The notes under the pieces were generated by a model, which saw only the letters and a program-made list of their open reading frames with translations, did not search any database and was not told the origin of the DNA. A DNA stretch of 62,555 nucleotides, the filler included, from Gonapodya sp. JEL0774 (Eukaryota): assembly GCA_027604505.1 (NCBI GenBank). It is 34 parts of 34 records of this genome, joined end to end, with 100 filler letters (N's around TTAATTAATTAA, not from the genome) between each part and the next. Parts side by side here need not be neighbours in the genome. Positions count along the whole stretch, not along the records: positions 35,109 to 36,847 come from JADIIX010002679.1; positions 36,948 to 38,686 come from JADIIX010002680.1; positions 38,787 to 40,525 come from JADIIX010002681.1; positions 40,626 to 42,364 come from JADIIX010002682.1; positions 42,465 to 44,202 come from JADIIX010002683.1; positions 44,303 to 46,039 come from JADIIX010002684.1; positions 46,140 to 47,876 come from JADIIX010002685.1; positions 47,977 to 49,712 come from JADIIX010002686.1; 26 more parts are not named here. One strand, 5' to 3'. The position numbers were made by a program, and so were the translations under genes. Of this stretch, positions 36,246 through 48,534 are shown piece after piece (positions within the stretch are counted from its first letter, which is position 1; every line of letters begins with the position of its first letter).

Positions 36246-38786
36246 AAGAGTCGAGTCAGAGCACTTTGTGTAGAAGAGATCAGGCGAGAGATAGAAACGC
36301 TGACACTGAGACGGCACCATAAATATTTTTTGCTCCATCGAAAAACACACTCCAATCCTCCCCCAACTCCCGCACAAAAGCCACCACGCGGCCATAATCA
36401 CCTCGCACGATATAGACGACGTTTCTCACGAAGCGTGGATCCGGTCGGCGAGCTCTAGGCGCGCAGATGCTTGCGGTAATCATCGGCTCAAGTGCAATCG
36501 TCCTCGCAAAGCGTCTACGGGACGGCGGGGCAGTCGGCAAGCATCAGACGGCGAGCGCCAGATTGTTGCTTGCTTCTTCCGCTCAGGATGCTCGTCATAG
36601 GAAGGCGTTAGTGGGGAATCGGGACTGGAGCGAGCTAAATGGGCAGAGCAACGTTTTTGCGATGATTGTCGTGAAACTCCGGGGAGAGCAATGACGCTCA
36701 AACAGGTTTTTATCTTGTCTGTTATTCATGATGCCTCTGTGGCTTGTATTGACTACATAGTCTCCCTCCTTGGAGTGTGGAAACACAACCTTGCACTCTT
36801 GCGCCAGTATGTAACCGTCCCCACCACGGTCAGGAGACGCAAAGCGGNNNNNNNNNNNNNNNNNNNNNNNNNNNNNNNNNNNNNNNNNNNNTTAATTAAT
36901 TAANNNNNNNNNNNNNNNNNNNNNNNNNNNNNNNNNNNNNNNNNNNNTTTTGAGCCCGCCGATGAGCATACGCAGGTGGAAGTTCTGAAAAAGGGAAAGT
37001 CAAAGAGCAAGCAGAAGTCAAAAGCAGATGAAGATACTTCAGAGCAGAAGGCTGAGGTGAGTGGTAGATCCCGATGCAAATCGCAGCATAATACATTACA
37101 CTACTGCTTCTGTAGCGCGCTCGAGCTCGTGAGCTTCGGAAGAAGGCCGACCCATTTTACATCCCGCAGACGGAAAATTCTGGTCAGGGTGGCCCCGAAT
37201 TGCGGGTGGGGTCACCTCCCGCCCATGAAGATCTCGCTAGTATTCCTGTGGTGCAATTGGATTTGGATCTGCAAGGGTTGGACGCACTGAAAGTTGAATG
37301 TAAGGCTCTTGTTCGAGTGCTAGAACAAAACGACTGCTGGCATGGGTGTTTCTCGACAATTTAGCCAGCGAACCTCGTTCCATGACACGAATCAAGAAGC
37401 CCAAAGCATCTGTGAACCCTTCTTCCAAACCTCCTGCCGTCACGAAACTCGAAGACTCCCCCTTAACCGCCACCAAGTTTGTAGAGGATCCCACAGCCGG
37501 TTTATCGTCCTCCAATCAGAAGAAACCCAAGAAAAAGCTTACAGCGGAACAAATGTTACTCGGCGGCGTCGCTCTCACCGAAGATGACATGGTTTTGCCA
37601 CAGAGAACAACGGCAACTGCAACTTCCGCAGCCACGTCACCAATAAGACAGGAAAGGGAAGCCTCCGGGCAACTTCGCCTCGCGGGCAACAATATTGGAG
37701 CCGAAGTTAAGATGAAGAAGAAAAAGGTGCGAACTGTGGTTGTCTTTGAAGATATGTTGCATACAATATGTGGGACCATGCTCAGGCAATCCGCTTGCTC
37801 CGATCGCAGAAGAAACAGCGAATGGCTTTCATCCAAGATGCTCCAGCTTCCAACTCTGTTCTCTTGGAACCCGTACTGCCTCCCGTCACCAACACTGCAG
37901 CAGGGCAATAGTCTGAGGCCGCTCAGTTGGGTTATTGGTGTTAGACCCCGCATACTAATAGATTACTGCTAGGGAATTATTTTCATGCTGTCCCTTCTCT
38001 ATTCAGCACGAGTATTTCTCCCGGAACATTGTAAAAGGAGTTAAAGCATGCGATTGAGAACAGACATGATCATATATAATGGCAATATGAAACATACGCG
38101 ACACGACTCTGCACATGTCTATGATATTGAGAAAGGAGAATCATGTCTCCACATTTCCTACAGCGACGGATACATCATCAATCCCTTAAGTGGCACCTGG
38201 GTATCTACAAAATTGGGATCCATGTCTGAGCAGAGGTCAGTGCAGTATAGTCCGAAACCAGCGTCTGTGGCTGTAAGCCGCAATACAATGCTTTGATAGC
38301 GCGCAATGCGAGGCCTTCCCTCCGAAGACCTATTCCAGCACCGTTTCAGTCCGCTGTCTACCTTCGCCGCGCTCGTTTGATAGCTGCCGCTAACCACTCC
38401 AGGCCTTCTGTTAACCCTATACCCTCGGTCGCCACGGTCGCTTGTATGAACCATTCGCGATTACGTATGTTTCGCAGGGCGAGGAGATCGCATAATTCCT
38501 CTGCAGAAGCGGCTTTGGGGAGGTCCTGGGATTGATGTTAAATCGTAGTTGCAAGTTTCCTGTTGAGACAGCAACGACAAAAAGTGCTCACTTGTTTGTT
38601 CGCGAAAACGAGGATGACGGCGTTCCCAATCTCGGGGTCGTTTATAATCTTCTGAAACTCGTCACTAACTTCGCGGAACCGATTGCNNNNNNNNNNNNNN
38701 NNNNNNNNNNNNNNNNNNNNNNNNNNNNNNTTAATTAATTAANNNNNNNNNNNNNNNNNNNNNNNNNNNNNNNNNNNNNNNNNNNN

Positions 38787-38923
38787 TCGAGCCTTTCTGC
38801 GTGGTCGATGAACATCTTCCGGAAGAGAGAGTTGGGTTCGCGAGGAGAGGTGAGGGTGGAGAAAAGCGTAGTGAAGAGTGTCCCACCAACGTTGAGAGTG
38901 ATGAGACGATCGGCGACAGACAT
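38787..38923 (-). CDS. BTB/POZ (KCTD/T1-type) domain protein, N-terminus
   Basis: ITLNVGGTLFTTLFSTLT..PNSLFRKMF. Confidence 0.85.
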
Positions 38924-39473
38924 GAGGGAAACTGCTTAGAGAGTGGGTTCAGTCAGTATGGAACCGAGTATGAGTGATTTCAGGATGACGCGAACATGGA
39001 TGACTACCGCATAACATAACGAGGACAAAAAACATTAGCAAACGAAGGCGATAACCCAAACATCTGGACTGCACATATTCGAAATTGGTCAGCTAGCAAA
39101 GAGTTATTGTTTGCCTCTTATCATTCCATAAAGCAGCAGGTTGCTATTCTAGAGTGGCATTACAAACTAAAATGCAAGACACGCAGCATACGGTAGCTTC
39201 CCATTGGATTTTACGACCCAAGAGATACTCACTTTCATTCCAATGCCAAATAGCGCCAGAAGTAAAATACGTCTCGAGTGTGCGATCATTACGGAATGGT
39301 CAGTGCGAATCGCGCTGAGTTGCACTTTGGTCAAAAGACCGCGCCACACATTGCTTCCTCCCCCTTATCAATCCATTCGAATCTCTCAGACTCGAACACA
39401 CCAAAGAATTTATCTTTCCTTCTTTCTTTTTCTGCTTCAACCGCTCCAATCCCGATACACCCTTGCTCATATT

Positions 39474-40525
39474 ATGGCTCAAGCTGAACAGGAACTTCCC
39501 CGTGAAGAAATGGAGGAGGAGGAAGAGGTGAGTCCACGGAGCACACGACGCGGTGACAGGGGCGGGAACGCAGGCGACACAAAAGAAACTGGAGACGTGG
39601 TTACTGTCAGGAAATTCTGGAATCTGGATTTGCTGAGTCATGTCGTGACTTGGTACAGTCAATGCTGCTGGAAGTGCTTGTGGTTCCAATCGTCAGTCGT
39701 CAGGGACGGTCACAACCCAATCCGATTCGCGGACGCTCAGCACCAAATCCGACCTTACTGTCTCTGTCGCAAGGGATTTTTGGTCTGCTTTGTCCCCGAT
39801 TCTAACTTCCACCTCCATTTCCATCTTCGCAATCATCCTTGCACGCATCCGCAACCACACCATTACCCACTCGCACCCCACGCAAGCTCTTCTTCCAAGA
39901 TATCGATGAGCTCCAAAAGCAGGGCGTAGGCGCTGCGGACAGTATGTTGTTTTTCCCTCCTCTTCCCCCTTCGTCATTCAAATCAATCTCACGTCTTCGT
40001 TTTACCGATCTGATCTTTCCCACCACACGTCCACCTACATTTCACACTCACCACTATGCCCTTTTAGTCTCAAAACTGAAAGCTGCCGGAATTGCCACCA
40101 TCCGTGGCGTCCAAATGGTCACCTCTAAGACGCTCCAAAAGGTGAGTACTCGAGTCTGATTGGTGCAATCGCGTTCATACTCCCCACAGGGTCGTTCTTC
40201 ATCTATCGTGCTTTCATCACACAATGACCTCTGTCACCTTCATAGATCAAGGGCTTGTCCGAAGCCAAGGTCGAGAAAATTCGCGAAGCCGCCGGAAAGC
40301 TCAACAGCGCCGGATGGTAAGATCCCCCTTGCTTTCATGCATTCATTTTTTCACAAAACATTATCCTCTTTCCTCCTTTTCCTCGATCCCTCACGTCTCT
40401 CCCCTACCCCCCTCGAAACCATTTCGATCTCCCAGGACCACCGCCGTGGAAGTCTCCCTCCGCCGCCAACACTGCATCCGCATCTCCACCGGCTCAAAAG
40501 AGCTCGACAAGCTGATCGGTGGAGG
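39474..40525 (+). CDS. DMC1: Meiotic recombinase DMC1, N-terminal part
   Basis: FFQDIDELQKQGVGAAD|ISKLKAAGIATIRGVQMVTSKTLQK|IKGLSEAKVEKIREAA...ISTGSKELDKLIGG. FQDID and TIxGVQM are DMC1-like rather than RAD51-like. Confidence 0.85.
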
Positions 40526-40625
40526 NNNNNNNNNNNNNNNNNNNNNNNNNNNNNNNNNNNNNNNNNNNNTTAATTAATTAANNNNNNNNNNNNNNNNNNN
40601 NNNNNNNNNNNNNNNNNNNNNNNNN

Positions 40626-40979
40626 TCTTGCGATAGAGGCTGGAAACTGCTTGTTCTGAAGATATGTAGCGATCTCGGAGTGTTTGATGAAGTATGCCCT
40701 CAGCCTGTAGTACTCATCGTCGTTGAGATTGACAATTGCGGGGGGAGGAGGTGCTGGTCTAAAAGACGCCGTGGTAGGCTCGCCAATAACAGTATAGATT
40801 CCACTGCTCTTCACGGTGTAGGTGCCTTCAACGCAATGGATCAGTTGCGATGATGCCATGTCAAGGAGGAGTGTTGGAGGATCCATGTTCAGGCGAACAC
40901 ACAGAACATCTTCGTCGATAGATGTCAAACTTGTTCTGAAGCGTATAGATGGTTCGTGGCCGCTGATGAATTCAGGCAT
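40626..40979 (-). CDS. Hypothetical protein divergent from the ParB-like gene, 3'-partial
   Basis: MPEFISGHEPSIRF...IATYLQNKQFPASIAR stays open to the contig edge. Confidence 0.45.
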
Positions 40980-41043
40980 AATGAAAGTAGTTGGATCCGT
41001 TTGCACCAGTAATATGGGGCGGCCCGCTTAGTTCGGATGCGCC

Positions 41044-41767
41044 GCTCCGTAACGGAGCAGCCCTCTTTTCTCGTCAACCAATGGCGGAAATCCGACACTA
41101 AATTACACAAAATTTCTGCGTAAAATTGTTGATGCTCCGTAACAGAGGAAGGGTTGTTTTTGAGTGAATGTATCAGTTGGGTTGGGGGATGATCTCGGAA
41201 GGAGAAAACAGGCCTGCTCCGGTCCGGAGTGACCCACTTTTTTGATTAACAAACATAAACATAAAACCCGCACTAGAATGCAAGAAAATTGTCTGGGAAA
41301 AGTGGACTGCTCCGGAACGGAGCGGGGGGTGTTTTAGAGTGGAGGTGGAGACTGGTTTGGGGAACGATCTCAGAAGCTGGAAATGGGCTCTCTCCGGTCC
41401 GGAGAGGACCACTTTTTTGGTCCACCATATGTGAACGAAAAAATTACTCAAAAGTGCTTGAATGCACTCTCTGATAATGGAGCTGCTCTGGAGCGGAACG
41501 GTGACATTTTATACTGGTTGGAGCAGGTATACCACATTGGTTGTGGGGGATGATCTCGGAAGCTGGAAATGGGCTCTCTCCGGTCCGGAGAGGACCACTT
41601 TTTTGGTCCAACATATGTGAACAAAGAAAACCATCAAAAGTACTTCAATGTACTCTCTGAAAATGGGGCTGCTCCGGAACGGAGCGGGGGCTGTTTTGGA
41701 GTGGTGGTTGAGGTTGGTTTGGCGGATGATCTCGGAAGGTCAAAACAGGCCTGCTCCGGACCGGAGA
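41044..41767. repeat. Array of nine ~15-bp palindromes (core CTCCG-N3-CGGAG) within diverged ~175-186-bp tandem units
   Basis: Motifs start at about 41044, 41134, 41216, 41309, 41391, 41485, 41577, 41671 and 41753 (spacing 82-94 bp). The shared block GATCTC(G/A)GAAG recurs once per unit. Confidence 0.88.
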
Positions 41768-41840
41768 GCGCCTTATTACACTTTCCGAGATCACCTCTTT
41801 GAAATACCAGGAATTTGCTTTGATTACGATCATCACTTCA

Positions 41841-42364
41841 ATGGAAGGCAACATCCAACAACTAATTGATCGTTACCGCCTCCCTGGCAATCGCCAAGTC
41901 GCTGTCAAGGATATCTTGCCAGACCATGGGAGGTTTGAGCAAGTTCGGGAACGCTATGAGACCGGCATCAAGGAGCTCATGTAAGCGGGTGATAACCTTT
42001 TCATTTCTATCTTACTGACAACCAGCCTACTCCAGGACCGCCATCGCCAAGCTCGGCTGGCTCCCCACAAGTGTCGTGATCCTCATCGAGCTGGGAGACG
42101 GAGACTACGGCATCGTCGATGGAAATCACCGTCTTATTGCACTCATCCGCCTCAAGGAGCTGGGCGAGGAGATAGAGTCTCTTCCAGGGCTTCTGGATGG
42201 GACGATGACTGTCAGCGCAATTGTTCTAAGGGTGAGTGTTCAAGAACGTTCACAATTCCATTCAGTATCCCAACTCAAGGTATGATCCTGACACTGTAGG
42301 CTGACACACCAGACAGGATCCGCTTGCATATCGGGTCCATGATGAACTACTCCAATGAGACACG
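41841..42364 (+). CDS. ParB/Sulfiredoxin N-terminal-domain protein, intron-containing, 3'-partial
   Basis: Exons 41841-41980, 42036-42231 and 42300 onward give EQVRERYETGIKELM|TAIAKLGWLPTSVVILIELGDGDYGIVDGNHRLIAL. This aligns by eye to the ParB pattern QPR...L.EL..SI...G...P..V......Y.I..G.RR..A. Confidence 0.8.
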
Positions 42365-42464
42365 NNNNNNNNNNNNNNNNNNNNNNNNNNNNNNNNNNNN
42401 NNNNNNNNTTAATTAATTAANNNNNNNNNNNNNNNNNNNNNNNNNNNNNNNNNNNNNNNNNNNN

Positions 42465-44010
42465 CCTTCAGCACCGGAGTCTCCTTCACGCCCCACTTCG
42501 TTTCTGCGAAACACGCAAGCTAGCGCGTACATTGCTGAACGTCGGAGGCAAAATTTATCTTAGTGTCAGTTCAACTTCACAAGGAACCAGTGAAAACGAA
42601 CAGTTCAAAACCAGAGGCGAGATTCTTTTTAGTTTGACGTCTCGGTCTGACAACAAAAGACACAAATCGTGGATAAGGCGAGCTTAGAGGCATGGTTCAT
42701 CGAGTAGTCTCTCACAAAACTGGCCGACGTGAATGGACGGGCCAAACATTTCCACGTGCTCAAAGAACATCGAAAGAAGTTCCACTCTGGGCTCCTCATC
42801 TGGTACTATCTGCATCATAAACTGAAGAGAGCGCTTTGTAGAAGTGAAGGAAAACTTCGAGAGTTCTGCTGACAGTTCGTTGTCCTGTTCGTCGCTATTC
42901 CGGCTGTGTTGAGAACCGGCTGATCTTCCCGCCACCTGCCGTTCAAATTCACGAAGTATTTCACCATTTAGTACAGCATCGCTATCTTGGGGGATAGCAT
43001 TTGCATCGATTGAATTACTTCTCGACCGTAGTGACGAGAGTGCCATGTTGCCTGTGTCCATCCTAGTACGAACGGGGCTTAAATTGTTACCAAAAAGGGA
43101 TGGCTGTGCTTCATTCGGTGGCAGGAATGTCGATTCCAGAAAGTTTGCCTGGTTCAACATGTGTGGTGGGGACGAGAACATGGGCGGTAAGTGAATGCTC
43201 GAGAACAAGTGGTTCATATCCACGGATTCTGGGAGGTGAGTCGACCATTGATCGAAATTGAAGTGAAAGTTGCCGGAAGTCTGCTCAGGAATCGGCCATG
43301 CGTCCACACCGCTAGAGTCATTCCTATCGGCTGTCATCCCATTTGAGGGAAGTGAGTGCGTGTCATTCTGATAAAGATCCAAATTCGGAGATGATTGCTT
43401 CGGCCCTTCCGAAAAAGCCATCGAATCGATTCCTAAAGAATTGAGTCGCCGAATTTTGTGCTTTCGCTTGTCGAGCTCATTCTAGAGATACCAGACCTGG
43501 TGAATTTAACCTTCGGACAGTGAATTGCGATACACTAACATCTGAAGGCTCGTCGTCACGGCGGGTTTGCTGCAACGTTTGTTCCAGGACGGCAAGCTTC
43601 CGTTCCAAAGCTAGAACATAGCCCAATCGAACTTTGCCCGTCGGCTCTCGCTCGTAAGTACACTCCTTCTTAACTTTTACACAATGAGAGCATGGTCTTG
43701 TGGGCAATCGCACAAATCGCCGATGAGAATCACCGTGTAGAAGCTTGTTCTTTGAGCGGGTAGCCTTACTTCGTGCCATCACACTTCTTTTTGGCCACAT
43801 GGCAGCTATTTTTCATCACAAAGAAGATGTCATCAGTTAAAATTGCAGGTACAGAGCCCGACCATCCACTGGTTCCCTCGTACGATCATGTATGTACCTG
43901 TCGCATGCGACACCCACTCGCCTCTTTGGGCCATCCGCAGGAGCTCTGGAAATGTCGATTGGCGCAACAGTTGCAGGCGATGGAGCTAGATGTGATCCAC
44001 TAGGGAACAT
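42465..44010 (-). CDS. Zn(II)2Cys6 fungal transcription factor, 3'-partial
   Basis: Spliced RRVGVACDS|CHVAKKKCDGTK|PCSHCVKVKKECTY followed by coiled coil YVLALERKL. A later LLSMFFEHV...PSIH segment resembles the fungal TF middle homology region. Confidence 0.92.
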
Positions 44011-44302
44011 TCTGGCGCAAATCCTGACCTGACTACAGTGATGGGTCGGTGGGATGCCGCTGAATATGTGCGTGAATGCCCCAATTTGACCTTCATGTAT
44101 CCCACCGTCACAGGTTGAGACTCCAAAAACTGAAAGTCGATTGTAAGACTTCCATAAAAGGCGTGTAGATCAGATAATTAATTGCTTTTGTTGTTCCGAG
44201 AANNNNNNNNNNNNNNNNNNNNNNNNNNNNNNNNNNNNNNNNNNNNTTAATTAATTAANNNNNNNNNNNNNNNNNNNNNNNNNNNNNNNNNNNNNNNNNN
44301 NN

Positions 44303-44946
44303 GGGCAGTACCGCGGGCCTGGACGAACATTCATCGGTGGTCAACGGCCGCACAGGGATGTGTCATCACGCTGACTCACTTCATCCCCGCTTCCGCAAAA
44401 GCGACAAGAGGGCCAAGCGTTCGTGAGCCACGGTACTCCACAGGTATACCATAGTCGAGACTACAGGGGAAGGGTTGCTCCAGACTCAAGCGAATTGTGT
44501 GATATTCAATTAGTTTGCTACTCACAAGACAAGGGTGGGATAACCGCGAACCTTGAACCGAGAGCAAATCGCTAATATCACAATGAGTTCAAGAATGGTA
44601 AGACACGTTGCAATCGACGGAGCTCCCATGAGGCAGACAAACCTTTTTCGACAGTACAGTCCACTTTTGCGACGCCCACTTTGCCCTTCAGCTTCACCGC
44701 CAATTCGTCCCACACTGGCGCCAGCTTCTGGCAATGTCCACACCAAGGAGCAAAGAACTCCACGAACCACTGTCCTGCGTCGCCGTCGGTCACCTCGCCC
44801 AGTCCGACGGTGGAATCAAATGTAGCCTGCGTCAGTGCCACAACACGGCCATCGGAATTTAGTGGCGACGTCGACGCAGGTCGGGCAGCAGAGTGAGCTG
44901 AGGCGAGGCGTTTGGCGATTGTGGAGAGAGGAGGGGGTTCGTTCAT
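44303..44946 (-). CDS. Thioredoxin-domain/protein disulfide isomerase family protein, partial
   Basis: [24 protein letters not shown]...VAKVDCT...FKVRGYPTL...EYRGSRT. Confidence 0.9.
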
Positions 44947-47900
44947 GGTGATGGGATTGGAGAGTTGAGCGTGGGAACGGGAGTACGTCTTGAGGTCTTC
45001 AAAAGATTTGCTTCCTTGTGCAACTTGAACGTTGACTCCGTCCTTGAAGCTGTAAAATGTGGATTGAAAAGTTCACAACGGGGAAGCCCAGGTTCCAGGG
45101 CGAACGAGCATGCAGCAAAGGCCAGCTCACAGGATGAGTGTAGGGTACATGTTTACATTTTGAGAGGTACAGAGGCCTTAAATGGGAGCATCAAAGGGGG
45201 TGCAGCAAGGGTGTCAATAATTGCGAATAACGCAGGTGGAAAATGTTGTTCCCACAAATCATCACATGACAACGCTGCTATGAGCGGCTGGTCCAGCATA
45301 TCACAGAGAATTTCTTTATGTTTCTTTCAAGAGAACGAGTCATATCTGGTATTCGAGACAGACTTCGGTCTCCAAGACATTTGATTGTCTTCCCTAAACC
45401 AGACGACGCTCCATCGACAGTGAAATCCAGTGGATCCAATATCTGTCCTTAACGCTTCTAGATGATTAGCTCGAGTATTTGGCGCTACAGTTGACCTCAC
45501 AGAACCTCACACACTTCCCCATTCTACAGTGCTGTGGGAAGTGAGTGGTCACCAGAATGCCATCCATACCACGGTTTGACAATATCGAAATTCTTTCATT
45601 GAATTGGGCCACGTTGAAGCAATTCGATAACTGCAGATTCACCTCCTGTTGTCCAGTCCTACACTACCACCAGCCAAAGATCCAAGAACCGGACATACTT
45701 CTTACTCACCCTGATTCTCCGTGCACTCAACTTTCGCAAAATGGAATCCACTAGCCTCGAGTTCTGGTCCAACCTCATCCGTGAGCTTTTCCCAGATAGG
45801 GGTGAGCTTCGGGTGAAGAAGTCAGCATCAGTGCACTCCTCGAATGATTCTCAAATCCCTTCATCCTGTCCCCGCCCGAAGTTTGTTCAATTTGAAGCAC
45901 ACCTTCTGACAGTGAGGGCACCAATTCGCTCCAAAGAACACGAACCAAGTTCCCTTTGCGATGGTGCTGGCGAACTCGGCCTGGTTGACCATCTGGATCG
46001 TAGCATTCGAAGGATACGGTACAATGCCCAGGAAAAACANNNNNNNNNNNNNNNNNNNNNNNNNNNNNNNNNNNNNNNNNNNNTTAATTAATTAANNNNN
46101 NNNNNNNNNNNNNNNNNNNNNNNNNNNNNNNNNNNNNNNATGGAGAGCAGGGGAGGACTGATAATGGTGCGTACAATTAAAGCTGACGTCATTGTCCCCT
46201 CCATTCACATCCAAATTCATCCCGATCATGCTGTCGTCAATCAACACGATGAAACCTGCGTGCGCTCAGTTCTCAGAAATTTTGATTGCATTCGCTCTGA
46301 TGCAAGTCGTCCTGGGTAGCATAACGCTAGCGAGCAGGAGTGCGGTGAATTCGATAGTGCAAGAGAAACTGCGACTTGCAAATTACTCAGAAAATATTTG
46401 CTCTCTAGGTTGAGTCCACACTCGAGGGAAGCTGGGATCTCGCGTACAAGCACGCGCCGAGGTTGGTCAGAGATGTGCAAGATGAGGTGAGAGAGATCTG
46501 ATTCTCGAACCTTTTACAGAGCACTGAGGTATCATCTCGCCGTTATTTCAATTCACACGTAAGTACTTGTGCTGTGGATTCAAGAATGTAACAGGTGCGG
46601 CAGGAAACGACATGAAGGTAAACTCTTTTGACTTATTTTTGACATGTGATCCTCGCTGTGGCAGATCGTGCCTTCCCCAAAACATCGCCTGACGCATGTG
46701 CCCTCGATCCGGTCAGTAGTTGTTTTTACATTGCACACGGTCTGTGAGGCGTTTCTTTATGTAATCTCAACATTATTATAACCACACTGTAGACCTATGG
46801 ATATCAGCACTCGTGTTACGAGCCACTACGCCGCGACTGGCTAGCAAATCGGGTGCTCGTAGGGGCGACGACGCTTGGTTTGGCGGGATTGGAGGTATGT
46901 TGAATGTTGACGATCCCGCATCCATGCACTCAAGTCTGCCGCCTGATCTCCCATCTCCAATTCCTTCCAATTTGTCCAATCGAACTGTTTTGTGAACATA
47001 AGATCGCCGCCGTAGTTCTCTCGCTCTCTCTCGCGTTCCTTATTCCCACGGAGGCTCAACGGAGATCAGAGCTCATGGACGAACAAAGACGGCTTCTGGG
47101 AGATCCTCGGGAGAGTGAAAGTGGTCAATTAGGTAGAGATTCTGGGTTCGGATCAGTTCCAATAGCAAGCGGAAGTGGAGCTCCCAAAGTGCAAGGTTCT
47201 GCTCAGGCGCGAGTACCGGAAGCTGGTGGTGGAGGGTCTTTTTTGAGAGTTTGACTTCGAAGTGACACTGGAGTCAAAGAAATTGTGTACTATATGGAGT
47301 CTCTAAGGATGTCAAAGCTTTTCGACCAAATACACAAATAAGAGATCTAATTCATATCATAGCATGAACCCAAGGTTCATATTTCGCTGACCGGTTCCCA
47401 CATACATTCCGCCCCACCTGGATGGTTGAGTAGAATGAAAGAAGAAGTAACCAGGCCATTCGGTGCTTCGGAGATTCGCCTGTTGAGCGCCTGAGTCCAG
47501 GTTGAGTGACCATACACCTGTTATCGCCATTCCGGAGAATGAAGAGCTGGATCACGAAAGGAGGTGCGCTGCAGCTTACACACCACGTGGAGAGTCCTTG
47601 GAAATGGGCTCGAATATATCGATTGTGTCTTGAATTCGCTCACGGTCTGCCGATGAAAGTTCTCTTGAGGATGGTTGCCAACCCGGTCGGAAATGAAAAT
47701 ATGACTCGAGGTGCGAAAGTTCCACCTTAGATAGACCTTGAAAAGGAAAATTTGAGGTTTTCATTGGTCACCCTTTAAGCATGAATGACATGTGCCTGTC
47801 GTGCACCGAACCTTGAAATGATGGGTTGGGTTGAATGGAATTTGAAGCATTCTTGTAGAATGATCCACGGGGCACANNNNNNNNNNNNNNNNNNNNNNNN

Positions 47901-48045
47901 NNNNNNNNNNNNNNNNNNNNTTAATTAATTAANNNNNNNNNNNNNNNNNNNNNNNNNNNNNNNNNNNNNNNNNNNNGTGAGTCGTCGCGTTAAGACCTCG
48001 TCCAAAGGCTTTCCCTACACAACGGTTCATCATAATACATTGCAG

Positions 48046-48437
48046 GGTTGGGCGCAAACTCCCGGAGTGGACGCTTCACTCCCCAATCTCAATAAAGTTG
48101 CAACATTGCGAACAATGGAACAAGGTGCTGACACCATTGTGTGGCTGGCTGCAAGCAAGGAGGTTGACAATCCCACCAAGGCTCCGAACGGAGCATTTTT
48201 CTTTGGTGAGTTTGATTGAAAATGTGGTAGTGGAAGGCAGAGTGCCCACAATAACTCTCATATCACAATTTCACATGAAACTTTCCACCTGGTTAAGATC
48301 GGAGCGTAGCGACCCAGCATCTCCCTCTTTCATTCACGCATTCCACCCCCGCGATGGTGGATGATTTATTCCACAAATTGGATGAAACCCTCGTCCGGAT
48401 ACTTGGCAGGGAAAAGGTGTCTTGGGCAAAGCCGTAG
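48046..48437 (+). CDS. DHRS12-like SDR, C-terminus
   Basis: GWAQTPGVDASLP...LRTMEQGADTIVWLA...GAFFF|DRSVATQHLPL. Confidence 0.78.
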
Positions 48438-48534
48438 GAGGATGGTGCCCGTCAGAAATTCCAACACCGACCCATTCGTCAATGCGCAAAGTTACTGTCT
48501 GACTTCTCCAGCTTCGTTGATCATGTATATACAA

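Noticed and set aside
41044..41767. CRISPR array interpretation of the spaced palindromes
   Set aside because: The intervening sequences are homologous to each other rather than unique spacers, the repeats are only ~15 bp and alternate in type, and no cas gene is visible.
41841..42364. Ordinary sulfiredoxin (SRX1)
   Set aside because: It lacks the FGGCHR catalytic cysteine (it has DGNHR) and continues into a ParB-like helical segment.
41044..44010. Zn2Cys6 factor next to the CCG/CGG palindrome array as its cognate regulator
   Set aside because: A linker at 42365-42464 separates them, so there is no evidence of physical linkage.
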